From an uncultured Nitrososphaerota archaeon (GTDB taxonomy: Archaea > Asgardarchaeota > Njordarchaeia > Njordarchaeales > Panguiarchaeaceae), in assembly GCA_964636085.1 (NCBI GenBank), contig CAZWPQ010000042.1:4702-16498 (forward strand): 11,797 nucleotides of DNA, given 5' to 3'. The notes beneath the pieces were generated by a model. The model had not been told where the DNA came from. It made no database searches and worked only from the letters and a program-made list of their open reading frames with translations. The translations under genes and the position numbers were made by a program. The stretch's first letter is position 1. Each line of letters opens with the position of its first letter. Shown piece after piece: positions 6,960-11,797 of this stretch.

Positions 6960-8828
6960 ATGATGGATGGTTCTGACTTGGGTTCGATTCAGGCTGAGGA
7001 ACTGGAGGAAAAGATATCGGAGATATGGAAAACGATAGCGTTCGAAAATATCATGCATGACATCGCTCAGGCTCTTAGTATAGATAGATCAAAGATTGAG
7101 AGGGCTGAGGGGATATTGTTCCATGTGGACGAGAAGACGGTCAAGAGGTTTGTGGCTCGCAGTAGGGATGTGCTGGAGCGGTATCTTGAATCCCCATATG
7201 GGAGCCTAATGAGTTATTATTCCTCCATGGGTATGAAGAACTATATGGAGCCCCTAATAAAGAAACTTAAGGATGACCTAATGGAATGCGTATCCAAAGC
7301 TTTTGCGGGAAAAGAATGTAACATTGCTGAGATACTGAAGAGCGGAAAGAGAAATATCAAGCTCGTGTTCCTTAAGAGGAGAAAGCCCTTTATGCGTATA
7401 GATTTTCATGAGAGAAAACTAGGAGAGATATTTAGGACGATCGAATCTGAATTGATGAAAATAATAAGCGATTATGAAAGGATAAAGCCCTCCGGGAAGA
7501 GATTTCTCGAAGTATGTCTAGAAATAGCAGATATTATTAGGGATCCAATATCCTACTATAATATGATCTGGACTTTCGGTTTCATCTTTAAGGTTCTAGA
7601 ATTTAAAGAACATGAAAAATATCTTTTCTCTATACTTTATAGGACCCTTGAGTCTTTTCTAGGATACTTAAGAGAGGTATTATCCACGCAACCTGATGCC
7701 TATGAACAATTTATTAGGCCCATATCGGGATTATTTAAGGATGTTTTTCTCCATGTAGCATATTTTCCAGAACTATTGAGGGACTCAAGATTCTTGGATA
7801 GGCTACCTAAGAATCCGAAGAATCTAAGGCAGGAACTCCTAGAGATAATCAATTGGTTGAAGACTGATAGAAGCTATGGAAGACTGATGGATATAATAAG
7901 GCAGAGATATGAGAAGGAGATAAATAAAGTATTTATGGGAAAATTGCCTCTCGATACTGCTAAAACGATTAGGATTTTGTCCAGTCTAGAGGATGCTATT
8001 TCTAAAACTAGGGAGCTAGATATCGATATAGCTCTTCAACTTGTTCATTCATTATTATTTCACCAGAAGTCGATTCAGTATACATTTTCGGTAATAAAGT
8101 TGTACCTAGTTGAATGGGTCAACAAACGCCTATCCGAGGAAAAAGAGAAATTAGAAAAACTAATAAGCCATTGGAAACCTTTCCATGAGAATCCTGATAT
8201 ACTGCCGAGTCATATGGAGGATTTGGTAAGAGAGATACATGTATCTGTCTCTGAGGATACCATAAAGATGCTTGGTGTAGAATCCCTTGCTGACGCACTT
8301 AAATACATTCCTTTACTCTCTGTATCTTTTCTAGATGTAAAATATCCCGATGAACTGCTTGCTGTAGGGAACTATATCTTGACCAACGAGAAGCCGGGAT
8401 CTGTATGGGAAGCCGAAGTAACCATTGTAGTCAACTATAAGTATAGAATAAGACGAAAATTCTGGATAGAGAGGGATGTGGATGAGCGAGTCATCATAAA
8501 GGAGAAGTTTAGTATTGGGGATATAGAGGCAGAATATGTACAGAAATCATATAGCATTTTCCGAAGGGTGCCATATATGGATTTCCTTGAGAAGAAGCTT
8601 GATGAGCTTTTCAGGAAACTGGAAGAAATAAAAGGAAAAATCAGAACAGTGGATAGGCTCGTAGGACTCATCGATCAGGCCATAGAAAGACTCATGGTAT
8701 TCGACGTGGAGAGATTTCATAATATCCTAGGGAAAGAAAAAATAGTAGAGCAAGTACTGCCTTTCCTTGAGCTCGGTTTTGATGATTTCCTAGAATTGAA
8801 AAAAATAAAGTCAGTTGATAGAATCTAA
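6960..8828 (+). CDS. hypothetical soluble, mostly alpha-helical protein; C-terminal third resembles a degenerate SMC N-terminal head lobe plus coiled coil
   Basis: 622-codon ORF with E/K/I/L-rich composition, RBS GGGGGGT, and no signal peptide or TM segment. The start may be ATG 6960 or 6963. Confidence refers to it being a CDS; the SMC resemblance is a manual alignment (see findings). Confidence 0.85.
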   Translation: MMDGSDLGSIQAEELEEKISEIWKTIAFENIMHDIAQALSIDRSKIERAEGILFHVDEKTVKRFVARSRDVLERYLESPYGSLMSYYSSMGMKNYMEPLIKKLKDDLMECVSKAFAGKECNIAEILKSGKRNIKLVFLKRRKPFMRIDFHERKLGEIFRTIESELMKIISDYERIKPSGKRFLEVCLEIADIIRDPISYYNMIWTFGFIFKVLEFKEHEKYLFSILYRTLESFLGYLREVLSTQPDAYEQFIRPISGLFKDVFLHVAYFPELLRDSRFLDRLPKNPKNLRQELLEIINWLKTDRSYGRLMDIIRQRYEKEINKVFMGKLPLDTAKTIRILSSLEDAISKTRELDIDIALQLVHSLLFHQKSIQYTFSVIKLYLVEWVNKRLSEEKEKLEKLISHWKPFHENPDILPSHMEDLVREIHVSVSEDTIKMLGVESLADALKYIPLLSVSFLDVKYPDELLAVGNYILTNEKPGSVWEAEVTIVVNYKYRIRRKFWIERDVDERVIIKEKFSIGDIEAEYVQKSYSIFRRVPYMDFLEKKLDELFRKLEEIKGKIRTVDRLVGLIDQAIERLMVFDVERFHNILGKEKIVEQVLPFLELGFDDFLELKKIKSVDRI

Positions 8829-8856
8829 TAGCTCCCTTTTCGGAATGTTTTTTATC
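8829..8856 (+). terminator. putative oligo-T terminator
   Basis: After TAA-TAG: CTCCCTTTTCGGAATGTTTTTTATC. T-tracts directly after the stop are typical of archaeal terminators. Confidence 0.45.
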
Positions 8857-8959
8857 ATTGTGAGATAAATTTGGTGCTTTTGTGTTGTTAATTATTGGAA
8901 GTTGCAATTATTGGGAATATGGGAAAATAGTCAGGATTTTCTCCATATGCCATCTACTC

Positions 8960-9006
8960 TTAAAAATTTTTTGCTAAAAAAGTTTAGGGTAAAATTTATT
9001 GGGGTA
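8960..9006 (+). promoter_or_regulatory. putative promoter and RBS of the ATPase gene
   Basis: TTAAAAATTTTTTG at 8960-8973, AAAATTTATT at 8991-9000, and GGGGT at 9001-9005, 8 nt before TTG 9014. Confidence 0.4.
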
Positions 9007-9013
9007 ATGTATT

Positions 9014-10399
9014 TTGGGTGAAAGGATACGTCTATTTGTTAATAGAAAGGAGGAGTTAGAGCGTCTTATTGGATGTATTAGGAATAAGATCGATGTTATT
9101 GTATATGGTCTAAGAGGTGTTGGGAAAACGGCGATACTGGAAGAGCTTAGGAGAATGCTACTGGATGAAGGCGTGGGTGTTATCTTTATCAATGGCTATG
9201 AGATAGCCTCTTATCAGGACTTGGCGACATTAATAAGCTCCGAGTCTGTCGAACCACGAATGCTCCTCAGCGAGTTATTTGCTAGGGATGACAAGATTAT
9301 TATTATTGACGAGTTCACAGCGTTTCTTAGAGTGTTTGTTGGGAAAAGAGCCTTTCCCTCAATGGAGAGGGCCATAATGTTTCTAAGGACACTGATAGAA
9401 AAAAGAAGAAATAGGAATGGCGAGTCGGTAATTCTTTGTAGTTCTGCCATTGGGCTTGTGCGTAGACTAACAAGAAAATATTTTGCCCCCCTCTTTCGAC
9501 AATTAAAAACGTTCTGGGTTAAACCAATGAGCTTGGAGGATGCTAAAAAACTTGCAGACAAATTATGTAAAAAACATAGTTGCGAGGTAGTGGAACTCGT
9601 TGGGGGAATGCCGTTCTATATAATCAAGATATGCGAGGAAGTGAGTATGGGGAAAAATCCAAAAGAAGCAATAGAATATCTACTTTCAGATCCCAGTGGG
9701 GATCTCAACATATATTTCCAAGGGCTATATGAGAAATTGTCTCCTCCAGAGAGATACATTTTGCATCTCATTGCGAGAGGGATATGTAGGTTCTCGAAGA
9801 TAAGCGAGAGATTAACAGTAGATGTTAGCATTTATCTAAAGAGGTTGCAAACAAGCGGCATAATCAAAAAGATAAAAAAGGGACCGAAGGAAGCCTATTA
9901 TGACATCGAGGATAGCGTCTTTAAGGCGTGGCTAGCACTCCAAGATATACCCTCTTTAGGGAAAATATCCATAAAATCCATTATAGTCTCAAGTCTTAGC
10001 TTTGAATCCATGGTAAGGGATATGTTTAGGGAGATAACAAGGAGGATAGAAATAAAAGATTTTGCTGGGCAAAACTGTGAGTTAAGACCATCTAGGATAA
10101 CCAAATATAACAAGGATGGAATAGATATAGACGCATTATTAATCCTCGATGGAGAGGCTATCGTTGTCGAATGTCACTTCTGGGGCCCCGCGAAGAGGGA
10201 AAAGATAGACCAGCTACTGAAGAACTCAGAGTACGTGGAACAATATCTCGGCCTCAAGGTAGTGGACAAGATACTAGTAAGCTATTTTGGTTTTACAGAA
10301 GACACAATCGAAGTGGCGAAAGACAAAAGAATTAAGTTGCTCGCGGCGACCCAACTTAGAGAAATACAAAGGAAAATGGGAAGGTATTGGGGGTTTTGA
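9014..10399 (+). CDS. archaeal ATPase (ATPase_2/COG1672-like) with winged-helix and C-terminal DUF234/Mrr-like PD-(D/E)xK-fold domain
   Basis: FVNRKEEL leader. Walker A GLRGVGKT (9107-9130), Walker B IIIIDEF, sensor strand VILCSS, GGMPFYI. wHTH region LSPPERYILHLIA...YLKRLQTSGII...YDIEDSVFKAWL. Then FESMVRD, IDIDAL...VVECH and SYFGFTE...AKDKRIKLL. Confidence 0.92.
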   Translation: MGERIRLFVNRKEELERLIGCIRNKIDVIVYGLRGVGKTAILEELRRMLLDEGVGVIFINGYEIASYQDLATLISSESVEPRMLLSELFARDDKIIIIDEFTAFLRVFVGKRAFPSMERAIMFLRTLIEKRRNRNGESVILCSSAIGLVRRLTRKYFAPLFRQLKTFWVKPMSLEDAKKLADKLCKKHSCEVVELVGGMPFYIIKICEEVSMGKNPKEAIEYLLSDPSGDLNIYFQGLYEKLSPPERYILHLIARGICRFSKISERLTVDVSIYLKRLQTSGIIKKIKKGPKEAYYDIEDSVFKAWLALQDIPSLGKISIKSIIVSSLSFESMVRDMFREITRRIEIKDFAGQNCELRPSRITKYNKDGIDIDALLILDGEAIVVECHFWGPAKREKIDQLLKNSEYVEQYLGLKVVDKILVSYFGFTEDTIEVAKDKRIKLLAATQLREIQRKMGRYWGF

Positions 10400-10437
10400 C
10401 TCTTCGACGGTATGATTTTGTAGTACTGTGAACATAG

Positions 10438-11352
10438 ATGGAGGGAATATACTCCAACATATATTTTCCATGCAGATGGGTCCCATTTAAGAGAAGAAGA
10501 ATGAAGGATCCTTGCGGGAAACATTATGTCTCTTGTAATTGCATAGCCTCTTGCGGTATACTCGAGGACAAAAAATTGGAAATAGTCTTGGATGTAAAGG
10601 GATGCAACTTTAATTGTAGACTCTGCTGGGGATACAAACTGAGATATGAGGCACACCCAATAGTAAAGAGTGTTGACCAAGTCGTCGAGGATATTATCTG
10701 CCGATACAAGAAAGTTAGATTCCTAGAAGAGAAAGGATACAGATTCTATGCTCTAAGATTCACTGGAAACGAACCATCCCTACAATGGAGCCATGTTATT
10801 GAGGTAGTAAAAGCCGTTAAAAACCTCGGAATTTTCCAGAAAGCAATTATAGAGACAAATGGCGTCCTTTTTGTGGAAAGGCTCGACCTCCTCAAAAGTC
10901 TGGAGGGAACAAGCGGCATCATGATCGACATAGATGTTTCCTTTAAGGGAGTAAACCCAAAACAATTCACATATATCTCTGGAATGCCCAAAGAATATTT
11001 CTACAGACAGATAGATGGCTTCGTCAAACTCTTCGAATATGTGAAAGAAAACAAGCTAAAGAATATAAGAGTGAACCCAGTCCTCGGAATAAACCATGAG
11101 CCGAGATACTTCTACAGAGGGAAAATACTCTCCGTCGAGATAATATATCCTTGGGGAGAAAAAATGGATTTCCACGATTATGACGAGGTCTTCGAGAAAG
11201 AGGTCCTCTCAAGAGCAGAACTGAGATATGACGAAGCTCCATTTAGGGAATATTATGGAATAAATAAGGAAAGAGCTAGGGAAATCATAGCAACAATATA
11301 TAGGGGCAAAAGATATCCACATAAATTGCCGTCAGATGTAGTCAAGAAATAA
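10438..11352 (+). CDS. radical SAM protein, resembling the archaeal COG5014-type uncharacterised Fe-S oxidoreductases
   Basis: CxxxCxxC as GCNFNCRLCW (10603-10626). GGE-motif variant RFTGNEP, IIETNG, IDVSFKG, FTYISG.PKEYFYRQ. The radical SAM call is firm; the subfamily call is from recalled motifs. Confidence 0.9.
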   Translation: MEGIYSNIYFPCRWVPFKRRRMKDPCGKHYVSCNCIASCGILEDKKLEIVLDVKGCNFNCRLCWGYKLRYEAHPIVKSVDQVVEDIICRYKKVRFLEEKGYRFYALRFTGNEPSLQWSHVIEVVKAVKNLGIFQKAIIETNGVLFVERLDLLKSLEGTSGIMIDIDVSFKGVNPKQFTYISGMPKEYFYRQIDGFVKLFEYVKENKLKNIRVNPVLGINHEPRYFYRGKILSVEIIYPWGEKMDFHDYDEVFEKEVLSRAELRYDEAPFREYYGINKERAREIIATIYRGKRYPHKLPSDVVKK

Positions 11353-11630
11353 TATGTACTAAGTGTATAGACTATAATAAGCTATCCTTACCTTAGAGAT
11401 TTTCCTCTCAGGGTGTTCAATGCTTATCATTCTGTAGCCTCTTGTTACTCACAATAACCAGTGGTGTGTTTAGCAATATTCACTGGACTTGCTATTTTAT
11501 ATCACGGTTGTACTCAAGATTTGCATTTGAGGGCGGATCTCACATAACAATAATTGATCTATAGCCCAGAGCATAGAATGATGACTGATTGCTCAGGACA
11601 ACCTACTGTATTTTATACAACTGACATGCA

Positions 11631-11657
11631 GAAAAAAGGTAACAAAAAATGGGAAAA
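11631..11657 (-). terminator. oligo-T terminator of the convergent minus-strand gene
   Basis: The minus strand reads TTTTCCCATTTTTTGTTACCTTTTTTC directly after the TAA at 11660-11658. Confidence 0.55.
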
Positions 11658-11795
11658 TTATCCTTCGTAGGGTATGCCTCTACTTGAACAATGTTGTTTA
11701 AGTGCTGATAATAGCGGCCCAATCTTATGTCTAACCCAAGCACCTGTGTCAATTCCTTTAGCAGTAAATTTTATTATGAAATCGGGGCCGCTATC
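11658..11795 (-). CDS. C-terminal 45 aa of a gene entering from the right edge (product unknown)
   Basis: Open minus-strand frame from the edge: DSGPDFIIKFTAKGIDTGAWVRHKIGPLLSALKQHCSSRGIPYEG*. The other two minus frames stop within 8 codons. T-tracts follow the stop. Not in the supplied ORF track. Confidence 0.6.
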   Translation of the reverse strand, partial: DSGPDFIIKFTAKGIDTGAWVRHKIGPLLSALKQHCSSRGIPYEG

Positions 11796-11797
11796 AA

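Noticed and set aside
8435-11242. All remaining short minus-strand ORFs in the track (8435..11242)
   Set aside because: They overlap strongly supported + strand genes, many have the Ser/Ile/Phe-rich composition typical of the antisense of E/K-rich genes, and none has a recognisable motif.
10438-11352. Viperin, PFL-activase or QueE assignment for the radical SAM protein
   Set aside because: The motifs (GNEP, ETNG, VSFKG, CxxCW) fit a COG5014-like group better. No glycyl-radical enzyme or que genes are present in the window.
11578-11670. 30-aa ORF MMTDCSGQPTVFYTTDMQKKGNKKWENYPS as a RiPP precursor for the radical SAM enzyme
   Set aside because: No RBS, it overlaps the convergent gene end and its terminator, and the enzyme lacks SPASM/RRE features.
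11711-11794. 10-bp inverted repeat ATAGCGGCCC / GGGCCGCTAT as MITE or IS ends
   Set aside because: It lies inside the probable minus-strand coding frame, no target-site duplication or transposase is visible, and the window edge prevents assessment.

Overview
This AT-rich window looks archaeal: oligo-T terminators, GGTG/GGGGT ribosome-binding motifs, TTG starts, archaeal ATPase and radical SAM families, and surface proteins rich in N-glycosylation sequons. A thermophilic or Asgard-type lineage is an inference only. Seven genes lie on the + strand. In order: (1) the 3' end of a membrane protein gene that runs off the left edge; (2) an APC-family amino acid permease with an extra C-terminal membrane module; (3) a NosD-like parallel beta-helix surface protein; (4) an 875-aa membrane-anchored surface protein with a 113-aa tandem PPC-like duplication; (5) a 622-aa unannotated soluble protein; (6) an archaeal ATPase-wHTH-PD-(D/E)xK protein whose catalytic Lys is replaced by His; (7) a COG5014-like radical SAM protein with a Cys-rich N-terminus. 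A convergent gene enters from the right edge on the - strand. The most interesting signal is in gene 5: its C-terminal third reads like an SMC ATPase N-terminal lobe plus the start of the coiled coil with the Walker A loop deleted, and its N-terminal part may carry a remnant of the SMC C-lobe. That would make it a permuted, catalytically dead SMC-head derivative next to an ATPase-nuclease gene. The comparison was made by eye from memory and needs profile or structure searches. No tRNA, rRNA, CRISPR array or mobile element was seen.
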